Of a stretch of 64,000 bases of DNA, positions 25,120 through 38,484 are shown piece by piece. The stretch is taken from the NCBI RefSeq assembly GCF_009914755.1, contig NC_060935.1; one strand, 5' to 3'. A model generated the notes under the pieces. It was not told where the DNA came from and did not search any database. It saw nothing but the letters and a program-made list of their open reading frames with translations. The position numbers were made by a program, and so were the translations under genes. This DNA is from the human T2T-CHM13v2.0 reference genome, Homo sapiens. Every line of letters starts with the position of its first letter. Position 1 is the stretch's first letter.

Positions 25120-26831
25120 TGTACCAATCAGGCTGTTCTGATTGTTGCTTTGACTCTGCTGTCCATTATGGTAGCCATACCCACCTGGCTTTTGGTGGCT
25201 GTGAGCCACCACTTGGGCCCTGACACTCTGAGACCCAACTGCTGCCATTGCACTTAGATTTCCCAGTTCCATGGCTGCATTCTCACCGTAAGGTCTGGTC
25301 TTCACAGAAGAGAAATTCCAGGCATTCTGAAGTTGCTGGGACTCCCCCTCACAAATTCATGTCTCACAGTTGAAGTGAAAGCTGTCTTCAGGACCCGTCC
25401 AGGGTGGATATGTAGGCCTTTAGTGACAAAGCCACTCTAACACTGCAATCTCTCTAAGCATTTGAATTATTTCCTTTACAATAAACCAAGGCAGGTCTGG
25501 CCTTTCCAGCTCACTCACTCTGGGCCACTTCTTCATCCATGTTTCAGCAAAATAACTAAACAAACTGTTAGAGCCTTTTTAAATTCTCTAGATGGAAATA
25601 GCATAGATTCTCTGCTTAGTGGGCCCATATCAGTTAATTTTGCTTGATTCAACTCTATATTTCTTCTACTATTATCCCACTCCTTTAATTTCCATTTCCA
25701 CAAATGCTCCCTGGATTTTTGTCAGTATACATTAGAAAACTTTAGTAGTTTTTTTGGAGTGTATCACCCTTCCTCATGAGTCACACTCTTTAGCTCACCT
25801 TTTGGGGCCTGCTGGAACTTAAGCCTAGTTTTAGGTCTGGAAACGAAAAAGGATGGGGAGGCGAGGAGCCCTAAGGAGAATCAGCATTGTCTTGCCAGGC
25901 AACTGCCTCCATGGAGGCCATTACTGTTTTCTCAGGCAATTCAGAGTTAATTCCCTCAGATGGGGGTAAAGAGGCTGACGCTATTTGGGATGGAGAGGCT
26001 GCTTTCACCTGGCAAAGACTTACCAGAATTTAGTCACTCAATATCCTTAGTTCCATCAGGGTCCTCTCACACATCCCCATTCCAACTTTCAGAATTGCAT
26101 TCCTGTTTTTTAAATTTATTTATGGGGTTTTATTTATTGATAAATTTATTGATACATTTAATTACATTAAATGTATCAATACATGGATAAATTGTGTAAT
26201 GCTGTTTTTTAAATGTATTTATGTGGTACAACATGATATTTCAATGCATATATAAATTATGTAATGATCACCTCAGAGTTATCAGCATATTCTTCCAATC
26301 AATGCCCTCACTTACACTATAGACATCCAGGGAGGCTGGGAATTCAGTTGATATTGATAGTATTCTGAGTTTGGTTTTCAGCAATCTTAGTATTGTGGCT
26401 ACAGGAAATAACCACCTCTTTCGGGGCAGACATAGGTGCTTTCCAGTCTTTATGTAATCCTAGAGCTGAAGATTTGACTCCTTGAGCTCTTCATTTTCTT
26501 TCTCTATTTTGTCCAGCAACATTAGGAGCAAGCAGCCAATCTCACTCTACTTGTAACTGTGACGAAAATGTTTGAAAGTATCATAGACATGATTATTTAG
26601 ATTCTTGCCTCTTATAGGTGTTCAGTAATACCTATATTATGCATCTGTGATACATTGCATAGTTTTATTGCCAGATCACACTATTGACCATCAGTGCTCG
26701 CTTTACTGTAAGTCATTAGTGTTTCTAAATCTAATCAGATTAGAGAGCCAATGCCAGAGACCTCAGAACCAATTCAGGAAATTTATTTTGAAGATTCTGT
26801 TTTTCTTAGGACCATTCTCAATATCAAAATC
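25120..26831 (-). mobile_element. MaLR/ERVL internal region with gag relic, 3'-truncated
   Basis: ORF 25096-25305(-) ..GYHNGQQSQSNNQNSL resembles ERV-L gag; begins gattttgatattgagaatggtcc on the minus strand, directly after the LTR. Confidence 0.75.
26108..26297 (-). mobile_element. Short L1MA-type 3' terminal fragment inserted in the MaLR internal region
   Basis: tgtatttatgtggtacaacatgatatttcaatgcatatataaattatgtaatgatcacctcagagttatcagcatat. Confidence 0.65.
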
Positions 26832-27288
26832 TATCTTAGTCAGCTAAGGCTGCCATAACAAAATAGCAGAGATGGCTGAACATCCAAAATCAAGGTGCCA
26901 GCACGCTTGTTTTCTGGTGAAGAAAATATATCACACCTGCCTACCAACAATTGCATATCTTTTATGAATATCTTTATTTTTCTTCATATATTTTAAAAAG
27001 GTGTGTCTTACTAAAAGTCACTATCAAACACTATTGTTCACTATCTCCTTGTCTTGCAGATGGCTGTCTTCTTACTTTGTTCTCACATGGCCTGTTCTCT
27101 GTGTGTGTACACTTCTGGTGTCTCTTCCTCTTCTTATAAGGACACTAGTCCTGTTCGAATTAGAGTGGCATCCTTATGATGTCATTTAATCTTAATCATC
27201 TTACAGGCCATGTTTTCAAATACAGTCACATTGGAGGGTAAGCCTTTGACATACAAATTTGGAGGGGAACACGGTTAAGTCCATAACG
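26832..27288 (-). mobile_element. MLT1A/MLT1A0 LTR (5' LTR) carrying a foreign ~120-bp insert
   Basis: tatcttagtcagctaaggctgccataacaaaata...ctcttcttataaggacactagtcc...aagtccataac. Confidence 0.85.
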
Positions 27289-27699
27289 TGTTGGCATGGG
27301 AAAAATGTTCAGTAAACAACAAAAGAGATAGTTTGTAAAATTCCTTTTTACAAAGTCAGAGGTCTGAGAATCTTCACATTTCTTTATAAGCTTATAAGCA
27401 GTCACCCCATGAAAACAGTGGAGAAAGTTCCAGGAGTCGTTAATTCAAAATGATATCTATAGGGCACTTATCTGAGAACTAGACAGAAGTCCATGCCTTG
27501 TGATTTTGCTCAGGGAATGCTGGGTTTTCGGCACTCTTCTATGTCAGCTTTAAACATTTTTGTGGAGAGTAGAAGTCAACACAGAATGTCATTTTGTTCT
27601 CAAGCATAACTCAGGGAAAACTGAAGCCACTTCACTTGTTTTGACTCACAGAGAACTGCAAGTCTAATAGCTGAATAATATTAACAATGATAATAGAAT

Positions 27700-27925
27700 G
27701 ATGATAATAAAATAGCCACTTAGTGGGGACTTATTTTGTGCCACATACTGTGTTGATGCTTTTCATATATGAACAGTATTTCCTACAGACACATTCAACA
27801 ACACAGTTTTATGAATAATAAGATAATGAGGCTTAGCTATTTGCCCAAGACCAAACAGCTCTTATGTAGTAGACGTGTGAAACAAATCCAGACCCAACTG
27901 TGCTGAAGCCCAGAATTTAAACTGG
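27700..27925 (-). mobile_element. MIR SINE
   Basis: gacttattttgtgccacatactgtg...gaggcttagctatttgcccaagaccaaacagct. Confidence 0.65.
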
Positions 27926-28525
27926 CCACATTCCCTAATCTGTTCAATGGATCCTTACAAGACAGAATGCCTTTTTAAAACATTTCTCATTGATTTTTAA
28001 AAAATAAAATTCACATCTTATCACATTATTCAGTAACATACTTGGAACCCAAAGATCTCTCTCACTTAAGCATTCATGCCTACCAAACTTATTGTGAGCA
28101 TACACTGTGTCCTAATAAATTTTACACACTTAAAGTAGATAAAGTGAAATCTCTGTGGAGAAAATTGATCACACCTGCCTATCAACAATTGCATATCTTT
28201 TTTGAATATCTTTATTTTTTCTGTATATATTTTAAAGAGGCCTGTCTCACTAAAAATCACTATCAACAATGAATTAACAACTCCAAAGTCACCAAGAATA
28301 TTTTGTATTCTATAAAATATTAAGAAATATCTCTAGTCTGTACTGTGATCACCTTCTTGTTCTGACAATCCTTTTTACAGTGGATTCTAAGTATTTCTGA
28401 TTGTACAACGCTACAAAAAATACACACACAGCTCTGAAACTTGTACTGTTTGTTTATTTTTCTTGGTCCAAGCTACCAAGCTCTCTCTTGCTTATAATCA
28501 GCAACAGCCTCCCTTCTTCCTGCTC

Positions 28526-28832
28526 TTTATTTTTTGAGACGGAGTTCTGCTCTTGTTGCCCAGGCTAGAGCGCAGTGGCAGTCTCTGCTCACTGCAAACT
28601 CCACCTCCTGGGTTCAAGCGATTTTCCTGCCTCAGCCTGCCAAGTAGCTGAGATTACAGGCCCCTGCCACCATGCCACCATGCCACCACGCCAGGCTAAT
28701 TTTTGTATTTTTAGTAGAGACAAGGTTTCACTATGTTGGCCAGGCTGGTCTCAAACTCCTGACTTCAGGTGATCTGCCGGCCTTGGCCCTCCAAAGTGCT
28801 GGGATTACAGGCATGAGCTACAGAGCCGGGCC
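28526..28832 (-). mobile_element. AluS (Sq/Sx-like)
   Basis: Reverse-complement Alu dimer; internal tgccacca x3 at 28665-28688. Confidence 0.93.
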
Positions 28833-28889
28833 CTTTTTGCTCTTCTTATTTCTTTCCCTTATAGCCTATTTTAAATACGGAAGATAGAA

Positions 28890-28974
28890 GGCTGGGCATG
28901 GTGGCTAATGCCTGTAATCCCAGCACTTTGGGAAGCCAAACTGGGAGGATCGCTTGAGGCCAGGAGTTCAAGAC
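28890..28974 (+). mobile_element. FLAM/AluJ left-monomer fragment without tail
   Basis: ggctgggcatggtggctaatgcctgtaatcccagcactttggg...ggatcgcttgaggccaggagttcaagac. Confidence 0.85.
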
Positions 28975-29610
28975 AGTAGCTAGAATGATCCTTTAAAAAT
29001 GTAAATCATATCGTGTGGTCAAAATCTTCAGTCGCATCCCTTCTAAACCAGATTAAAATCAAATTCCTTGCTGAGGTCTACAAGGCCTTGTGTGATCTGG
29101 CTCGTGCTTGCCTCTCTGACCTTTTCTCCCACCTCCTACCACTTTACTCACCGTACTCCTCTGATTCAGCCACATCACTAGCTTCCTTGCCTTTCCCCAA
29201 AGATGTCAGAGCTGTTCCTGCCTCAAGGCCTGTGCTTTCACAATCTAGTCTGCCTAGATCTTGCCTGGTTCACTCCCTCACATCACTAAGGTCCAAAGGC
29301 CAGATCTTCAAGGAGAATTTATCCGACCTGACCTTCCTAAACTAGCTTCTGCCCATCAGGCTCTAGTCCTGTTCTGTCTGCTTGATCCATTGGTTTTGTT
29401 TTTTGTCTTTTACTTTATATCATTTATCCTCACTTAATATATATTTATGTGTCCACTTATTTTCTATCTCACCACATGGAGCCTGCATGAGAGCAGAGAT
29501 TTTTTCATTTTTGTTCATACCTCTATCTCCGTGGCTAAGGCAATATTTAACACATATAAGATGCCTGACTTTGGTGAGCAGATGCGTGAGTAAATGAATA
29601 AATGTATTTG
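28975..29610 (+). mobile_element. L2a LINE 3' end
   Basis: tgatcctttaaaaatgtaaatcatatc...ctacaaggccttgtgtgatctggctc...gagtaaatgaataaatg terminal repeat. Confidence 0.8.
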
Positions 29611-30369
29611 CTACTGAGTAACAAATTATGCATATCCTAAAACTTGTATCAAGTGGAAATTCTTTTTTAAAAAGCCATAAAAATAAATACAAATATAAGT
29701 TCTAATATGTTTTTCTGTAGCTTAATGGAGTGTTTTGTTCACCTTTGGGGTATTCTTGGACATGATATGGGTCTGCCCTTAGTTCTGGGCCTCTGTGTCT
29801 GATTGCTCCCTGTACTCACCCTTTTAAGTGTGAGTGACATAGGTAAATCACCCTCTTCCAATAGAAGTTGACTTGCTGGGCCAACTTACTTTTAAATTGA
29901 AGCACTTTCTGTCTTCAGGCCTTCTTATACCTGTTCAGCATCTTCTAATGTTCAGCATCTGGTTTTGCCCTCTTGAATTTGACTGTGTCTTCCTGTGGCT
30001 CTGCCTCCTGTCTCAGCTGTGTGTATTCCTCTGAATTCTCAGTCCCCACAGATCTAGAGAGGAATCCCCTCCGTCATCCATGCTGTCAGACCAGATAATG
30101 ATATAAAATTTAAAGAAACTATGTGTTTTTTAATTTTACAGATTAAAACATTTAAATCAAGTGGAAAGCAAGATCAGAATAAACTGAGAAGGAGAATGGC
30201 CACCCCTACAATTTTTTTTGCATTTAACTATGTCTCAGAAAAATATAAAAATCCACCTTTTAAAAGGTAATTTTTTATGAAGAAAGATTAATAATCATGT
30301 ATGTATAAGTCTGATCTCAATGTGCTATTAAAATTATACTTTCTGTTTTAAATATTAGTGAGAGTCAAA

Positions 30370-33300
30370 GAATTGATTTACTGATATGATGAACTAGATG
30401 TCCAGAGAAAACTTCTATGGCCTGCAAAGCCCCAAGCCAAAATTTTAATCTGAAACCACTCTTGAATGAAAATGCCCTTGTTCATGGCAGAAATGAAGTC
30501 AAATCCTCTCTAGAGAAACTGTACTTTAAATACAGTCATTAAAATTTCAAATAGATAAAGTTCCAAGAAAGAGGCTAACAATAAAAAATTATAAGATAAA
30601 TAAGGAAACACGCCACCATGAGAAAGAGTCAGCAGAAACATCAGATCACAAAATCAGATCCAAAAAGATGATAGATATTTGTAAAATAGCTATAAAGTAT
30701 GGTATATATGTTAAAATATATGAAAGGGCAATTAAAATACACTAATGAACAATGGACATTAAAATAAACCACTACTTGATTTTTTAAAAAAGATAACAAC
30801 TGGAGAGAAAAAGTTTAATTATTGAAATAAAAATTTATGGACCTGGCTAAATAGCAGATGAAGGAATTAGTAACTAGCATACAAAACTAAAGAAATAATT
30901 TAAAATAAAACACAAAGGAAAAAGTAATGGGATATATGAAAAAGAAGAGACACGGAGGATAGGGTGCCAAAGTCCTAGGAAACAATAGAACAAATTGGAT
31001 AGAAGGAAATGTGTTGTAATTAATGAAAGATATAGACCTTCAGATCTAGAGAGACTAATGGATCACACACTACAAAGATGTGTAGGAATCCACCACCAGA
31101 GCCCTTAATATGAACATGCAAAACACAAAAGTCTCTTGGAAATATGAAACGCAATTGCAAGAAAAGACAGATTCCCTCCAAAGGGATGTGATTTGCACTG
31201 CCGGCTGACCTGTCGTAGCAACGGTGGAAGCCAGGAAAGACTGCAATATCTTCAATTGAGAGGCAATGATGGAAAACCCAGAAATCTATGCAGAGTGGAA
31301 CTATCTTTCACAGATGAGAATGAAATATATTTTCAGATAAAAACTGAAAAACTTTACCAAGAACAGATTTTATTCAAGGAACTTTTAAGTAATTTGCTTT
31401 AGAAAGAAGAAATAGGACTGTAGGAGCAATCTATGAAGGCAAAAAGAAGAAAAACAGAACAAAACAAAATGGAGAGCACATGAGCAGATGCACAAAATGA
31501 TAGCAAACAATAGTTGTATGGGTAACAAAACAAATAGACTAGTAAGCAACTATATATTTGATCAGAGCAGATACATTTGTTAAAATTTCTAGGGTAACAA
31601 CTAAAAAAGTAAGAATCAAATGTTTAATATTCAAACAAGAAAATTAAAACAAATCAAAAATAAAACGGTAAAAATTATTTCAAATCTATTAGTAATTGCA
31701 TTAATGTGTATAGACATAACTCACAACTTAAAAGGCAATGCTTGTCAGAGTAGATTAAAAATATCCACTTATATGTGACTTAGAGTCATATATGTAAAGC
31801 ATGAGCTCCCATGCATGTAGAATATTAAAAAAGAAAAAAATATAAAAATGCTAATAGAAACATCCTGCTAGTATGTTAATATCCAACAAAAGACAATTTG
31901 TAATAAAAGGCATTATTTCAGCTAGTTTCTCCATACTGATTAAAGTTTAAATTCAGCAGGAAAATTCTGAACTTGTATACAACAATAGCATAATTTTATA
32001 GTTTCAAAACAGTACTCTACAGAATTGCCAGGAGGAAGTATTAAATTGACCATCATATGAGAGATTTTTAACACACCTTTCTCAGGGATCAATAAAACAG
32101 CCAGGCAAAAAGTGGGAAGGAAGGATATAAAATATGTGAAGGAGAAACAAAGACATATGGGGAAACTGCACCCGGTAATTGGGAAATATGCTTTCTTTTC
32201 AAGTATGCATGGATTATTATTTGTTCAATTGAAGAATCATTATCACAAAGAACATACTGCTTAGCCATCTCACAAATAAGTTAGATATCTGTGACAACAA
32301 TAATTTTAAAAATATGATTGTATATTTTTGAAAAACACATTTTAAAATAATTTATGACTCAAAATAGAAAACATTTGGAAAACTGGAAACACTGAACAAT
32401 ACGATTATAAAATACTATCTCTAAAATGTAGGCATTTCTGCTAAAATGGTAATGAGAAAATACAAGTTTAAATATCTGTAATAGAAAAGAAGAAAGCATA
32501 AATGTATTGAACAGAAGGAACAATTTAAGAAGATAGAGATAAATAACAATAAAATAAAACCAAAGGAACAAGAAGAAAGGTAGAATTAAAGTTAAAAACA
32601 GAAATTAATAATATCGAAAATATGGAAAAAAATGGATAGAGTGTACACCCCAAAATTTGATGCTTTGCAAAGCCTAATAAAGTAGACAAATTTCCAGCAG
32701 GACTAATCAGAATAAAAAGAGAGAAGACACATGTGTTAGGCCGTTCTTGTGTTGCCGTAGAGAAATATCTGAGGCTGAATCATTTATAAAGAAAAGAGGT
32801 TTAATTGGCTCACAGTTCTACAGCCTTCATAGGAAGTATAGTGCTGGTCTCTGTTTCTAGCAAGGCCTCAGGAAGCTTCTAATCATAGCAGAAGGCTACA
32901 GGGAGCCGGCGTGTCACACAGTGAGAGAAGGAGCAAGGGCAGGGAAGTAGGGAGGTCCCAGACTCTTTTAACAACCAGATCTTGCACCTTGTGTGAACTA
33001 ACTGTGCAAGAACACACTTATAACCAAGTGGATGGTGTTAAGCCATTCATGAGGGGGTCAGTCCCCATGATCCAATCATCTCCCATCAGGCCCCACCTCC
33101 AACAGTGGGAATCCCATTTCAACACGAGATTTGGAGGGGGCAATCACCCAAACCATATCAACACAAATTACCAGTACTAGAAATTTTAAAAAGGTCCACA
33201 AGGACAGATACACCAGAAGTTAAAGAAAAGTAATATTATACAGAAGTATGTACAAATAAAAAATAGGAGTAAAATGAGAAAATTCTTAATAGCAAATTAA

Positions 33301-35080
33301 CAAAATAAGCTAAGAATGCAAATACATTGAGCAGTAGTTAAAAAATTCACTGGAAATAGAAAATACAGTTATTTTCAATCATTTTCAAATTATTTTAAGA
33401 ATAGGAAAAAATAAGAGAAACTTTTTTATTTGATTAAAGGTACTTATTGTAAAAAAATTAACAATATGGTGAAACATTGAAAGCATTCTCTTAAAATACA
33501 GGAGGAAGGTAAGAATGACCAATATTTTCACTTCTATTTAGTACAATAAGAATGATTCTAATATTCAAAAGTCATTTAAAAATCAGGAATTCAAAAAAAC
33601 TGTTACTTGCAGACAGTATGACTGTCCTCTTAGAAAACTGAAGTCAAAAAACAAAAAAATTTAAAAATCCATAAAACAATCAGATATTTTGAATTATAAA
33701 AATCTTAGCCATTTTGACATATTTAAATTCAATAGCAAAATAATGCTCTATACAGCATTTTACATAAGGAGAACATTTTGTAAAAAGCAATAAAAACATA
33801 TAGACCCTAAGATTAAATATAATAAAAGATAAGGAGACTAAGATTAAATATATTTGAGGTTAATGTGATATAGAAAAATATAAATCATAGTAAAAGATAT
33901 TTTTAAAGTCCTAAATAAGTGGAGAGATTTGCTGATAAATAGAAATAATCAATACAGTAAAAATATCAATTCACCCTAACTGACACATTGATTAAATACA
34001 ATTCCAACCCAAAACCTACAAGAATTTTATTAAACCTGACAAAGTGATTCCAAAATGTATTCGAAGAATGAAGTGCCAATACTCCATTCTGAAAAAAAAA
34101 AGAAAATAGTCTTTTTTTTCCTCCTACAATTTGTCATGAGTTTTTAAGTATCACAGACAAGTTGGCAATGAAATGGAATAGAGAAACAGACGCTCATATG
34201 GAAAATTAAAATATGATGGAGATGACGCCCCAGAACTTAACATATAATGGAGATTATATCCAGCGATGGAGTATTTATTTATTATTATTTTAAAATCCAC
34301 ATGAATCAAGGGCTGTAATGTGAAACACAACACTATACAACTTTAGAAGACAACGATAGGGAAATATTTGAATAACCTCATGTAGGCACGATGTACTGTA
34401 AAGTCCCCAAAATACAAACCATAAAAGAACATTAATAAATTTAACTACATTAAAGGTAAGAATTTCTGTTCATCAAAACAGAGCATAAAGAGAGTGAAAG
34501 GGTAAGCCAAAAACTAGGAGAATATATTTGCCATATGCTAGTGACAAATGGTTCATATGTAGAATATGTAAATAGTTTCTCAGGGCAAACTGTTTAAAAA
34601 GCAAGCAATCCAATAGAAAAGTAATCTAAGAATATAAAAGGTTACTCTTGGATTATGTAAGTATAAAAATTCTCAATTCCATTAGTAAAACAAAGAAAAA
34701 TTAAAACTATGAAATAACATTTTGAAACTAAATAAATTCTAAAAAATAATGTCTGTCAGTATCAGTATTGACCTTGCAGAGCAATATGGAGTCTATTATG
34801 CTGCTGGTGAGGTTGTAAATAGATACAACTATTTGAAAGCACTTTGCTACAATCTCGGAAATGAACATACGTACCCCATAATCTAGCAATTACACCATTA
34901 GATGTATACCCTGGAGAAACCTTGCACGTGTATAGAAATGATATAAATGTATAACCATAGCAGCAATTTTTACAGATGGAAAACTTTTTCAAAAATAAAA
35001 TGTACCTTAATAGTTCAATGGATAATTTTGATACATTCATACAATAGAAATATTATACAGTACTGAAAATGCATTACCTT
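30370..35080 (+). mobile_element. Old L1ME-type LINE-1, long decayed copy (5' region to 3'UTR)
   Basis: A-rich sense-strand L1 relics: ORF1-like 31200-31400; ORF2-like ggtgaaacattgaaagcattctc (~33470); 3' gcaattacaccattagatgtataccctggagaaac. Confidence 0.75.
32732..33160 (-). mobile_element. MSTA solo LTR
   Basis: tgtgttaggccgttcttg...aaaccatatca; perfect 5-bp TSD ACACA (32727-32731 and 33161-33165). Confidence 0.92.
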
Positions 35081-35089
35081 CAGCATCCC

Positions 35090-35410
35090 TCAGTCCACAG
35101 TAGGAAAGAGATGCCACACTTAAACTGGACAATGTGAGGTCAGAAGAACATAATATTTACAGTAGAATATTTACAAAGTAGGTTGTATATTACTCCAAGG
35201 CTAGACAGTATGAGCTATAATCTCCCTTAGACCCAAAGGGATGAGGGAGAAAAACATTTGCTAAAATTGATAGAAGGCAGCAGTGAGAAGAGGGCCACCA
35301 GATTGTATCCCTCCAAGTGCAAGAAAGCAGCAGCCCTAAGCAGGCCCCACGTGGAGGGAGCAAGTCAAATAAATTCCCCCACCTCACTCTTCTCCTCCTG
35401 CGGCATGCTG
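35090..35410 (-). mobile_element. ERVL LTR33-like fragment
   Basis: aggaaagagatgccacacttaaactgg...atttacaaag...ggagggagcaagtcaaataaattcccccacctcactcttctc. Confidence 0.55.
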
Positions 35411-35559
35411 GTAGATAAGATTTATGTGCTCCAAAAGCAAAAGGCCTGAATTAGGGCATTCACAAAGGGCATAATATCCATCCCCCCACCGCCCCTAAGC
35501 TAAGACAGGGTGGGATCACTTAGGTCGTACTCGTGAAGTGGAGCTCAAGGAAGAGCTCT

Positions 35560-35930
35560 AAGGGCCTCTAGAGTTGAGGCTGGGGATATGAGAAGGAGGA
35601 GATGATCCTGTAGAACAGCTAAGAGACAGTAGGAATCTGAAAACCAGAGGAAGAAGCTTTCCCAGTTGGGAGTCCTCAGAGGTGTCAGAGGCTGCTGATT
35701 GGCAGGCAGGGGAGGACTGACCAAGAAGTGGCCATGCATGCAGCGATGCTGAGGTCCTTGGTGACCTGAAGAGAGCTGTTTCTGTAGGGGTGATGTGAAA
35801 GTCTCACTGGAATATACTGAAGAGACAAATGGAGGAGAGACATTGGAAACAACAGGCAGAGATAGTTCTTCTGAGAAGCAGTCTTTCACTAGGTATGGGG
35901 GAGCAGTGGCAAAAGCCCAAGTGAAAGATT
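35560..35930 (-). mobile_element. L2 fragment
   Basis: gaggtccttggtgacctgaagagagctgtttctgtagggg...ggaggagagacattggaaac. Confidence 0.7.
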
Positions 35931-35951
35931 GGCTTTTTTGGGTTTTCTGAA

Positions 35952-36258
<307 letters not shown>

Positions 36259-38484
36259 TGGGTTTTCTGTCTGTTTAAGAAAGAAGATATTGTAGCATTT
36301 GTACTCATGTGAATTATCAAGATATATAATATGTTTTTTGATCCTCGGAAAAACAGATATTTGGGAATTCTCTTTGTAGCTTCTTTTCAAAGATTAGAAA
36401 TGACGTTTCTTGCTTTTGAAAGTAGTCAGCAACATGTTTTATTTTAGCAATCCTATTTATTTTCCCCACATATAGGCATTCTTTTCTGTGAAATTACAGG
36501 TCACTACTCTAAAATAATTCTAAAGAAAGAGAAGTCTCTGTTGTATATTTTTTCAACTATGATGTCAATAGTCTTTAAAAAATGTAAACTGGATATTGCT
36601 CTCAAAGGAAAAGCCATACAGAGGTTTAATTAGTCATTCAAGGAATGGCCACAGACGGTCTCATCCAAGTCACATTAATCTTCATTTATTCAATCTTCTT
36701 GAGTTTCCTGGTAGAGAAAGAGTTGTTAAACAATCTTTACCCATCAAAAGGTTCCTATTAAAGCACAGTGATTACTATTTTACACACACAAATACACACA
36801 GTTATGCATGTGTATATTTGTGTGTTTATATTTGTATAGATATATATATACACGTGCTTATAAACATATGTTTATGGGTGTGTATCACTGTATGTATGAG
36901 AATATATGTGCATGTATGTGTGCTGTATTTCTGCATAGCTATGGCTTTCAAAATGAAGTTTAGTAAATCTAACCTGAATAGGCTACATGCCCAAAGAATT
37001 AATTAATTTCACAAAATTTTCTGTTTCTCTGATGGGCAGTGCATAATACAAGTCAACTGGGGTTATTCAAAGATAATTAAACATAGTCTTCAAGTAGTTT
37101 AACATCTGATAACCAAAATGAGACATTTTTATAATAATGATTTTTTTTTTTTAGCTAGAAAATGAAACATCTTTTAAACAAGCTAGAAAGAAGATTTCAG
37201 GAGTTTGAAGGAGGGAGAGAGTTTACCATGACCTGGGGCATTGCAGATAAACCTGTGTGAAAAAAGTAACATTGAACTTGTGACTTAAAGGATGATAATG
37301 TTTTGTTGACAGAGGGATGAGGAATTGGGAAAACTCCATCCGCAGGGGGCTTTCATCAAATAAAGATGCAAAGTTGAAAGATTTAATATTCAAGGTCTAA
37401 GGCAAGTTAATTTTAAATCTGAGCATTTAATGAGATGCTTCTTTTGCTTTTAAACTTTTAATAATGATAATATCATATATATATATAAACCATGTGTATT
37501 TATATAGCTATATATACACGTGTAATTTTATATTATATATAGTATATGTATGTATGCATGCAGATGGTTTAAAAATAATGGAAGGGTATGAAATTTCAGA
37601 AAATTCTCCTGCCCAACCTTCCCCATCTCTAGTCCAAGATCTCAGAGATAACGACTTTTAGCTCTTTCTGCTTTCGGTTCTAGAACTTGTTACCACATCT
37701 AAAAATATAATCATTTTTCCTCCATTTCTTAATTTGTCATATTTATAGAGTATCTATTCATTCATTGGCATAAAAGATGAGAATTTTGGCCTTTGTAAAT
37801 CAGTGTCCCTCACACAGTCTCTTCTTTCTTCTGACAATTTTAGTAATTTGACTTTATTACTTTTCTCTCAATTATCATTTTAGCATTTTTTGTTAAAATC
37901 TTTTTTATTAAATACTGAAGAAAACCAAAAGAAAATGTATGTATGAGATATGGCATGATTTCTAATCTCCTCTACACATAGCCCCCATCCTACTCCCTGC
38001 CTGACTCCTTCAGAACTATTTTGAATTATACATTTATTATTTTTTGTTTGGTTTATATTTCTACAATTATTTATAACTCTAAATAATACATTTTTACTTT
38101 ATCATGCTTTTAAGCTTGGCATACATAGACTTATATTGAATGCATTTCTCTGAAAGTCGTTTTTTCTGCTCAATTTCTGTCTACAAGGTTTATCCAGGTG
38201 TTTACATATTGCTATAATTCTTTTATTTTTGCTGTTATATAGAATTTCTTTATATGAAAAAACAACTTACATACCCATTCTGTTGTTTTATGTGCATTTG
38301 CGTTAATTCCAGTGTTTTTTCTAAAACAAATAACACAGCAATATATATTCTTGAACACGTCTCCTTGTGCACAAGAATTAAATACCGAAGAAAACCAAAA
38401 GAAAATGTATGTATGAGATAGAGCATGATTTCTAATCTCCTCTACACATAGCCTGTCTAGAGGCTACACACAACCTCTCTTGGT

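Noticed and set aside
28066-28269. Possible minus-strand exon (ttttag...gcag|gtgtga)
   Set aside because: Splice signals are weak, the peptide is unrecognisable and there are no partner exons
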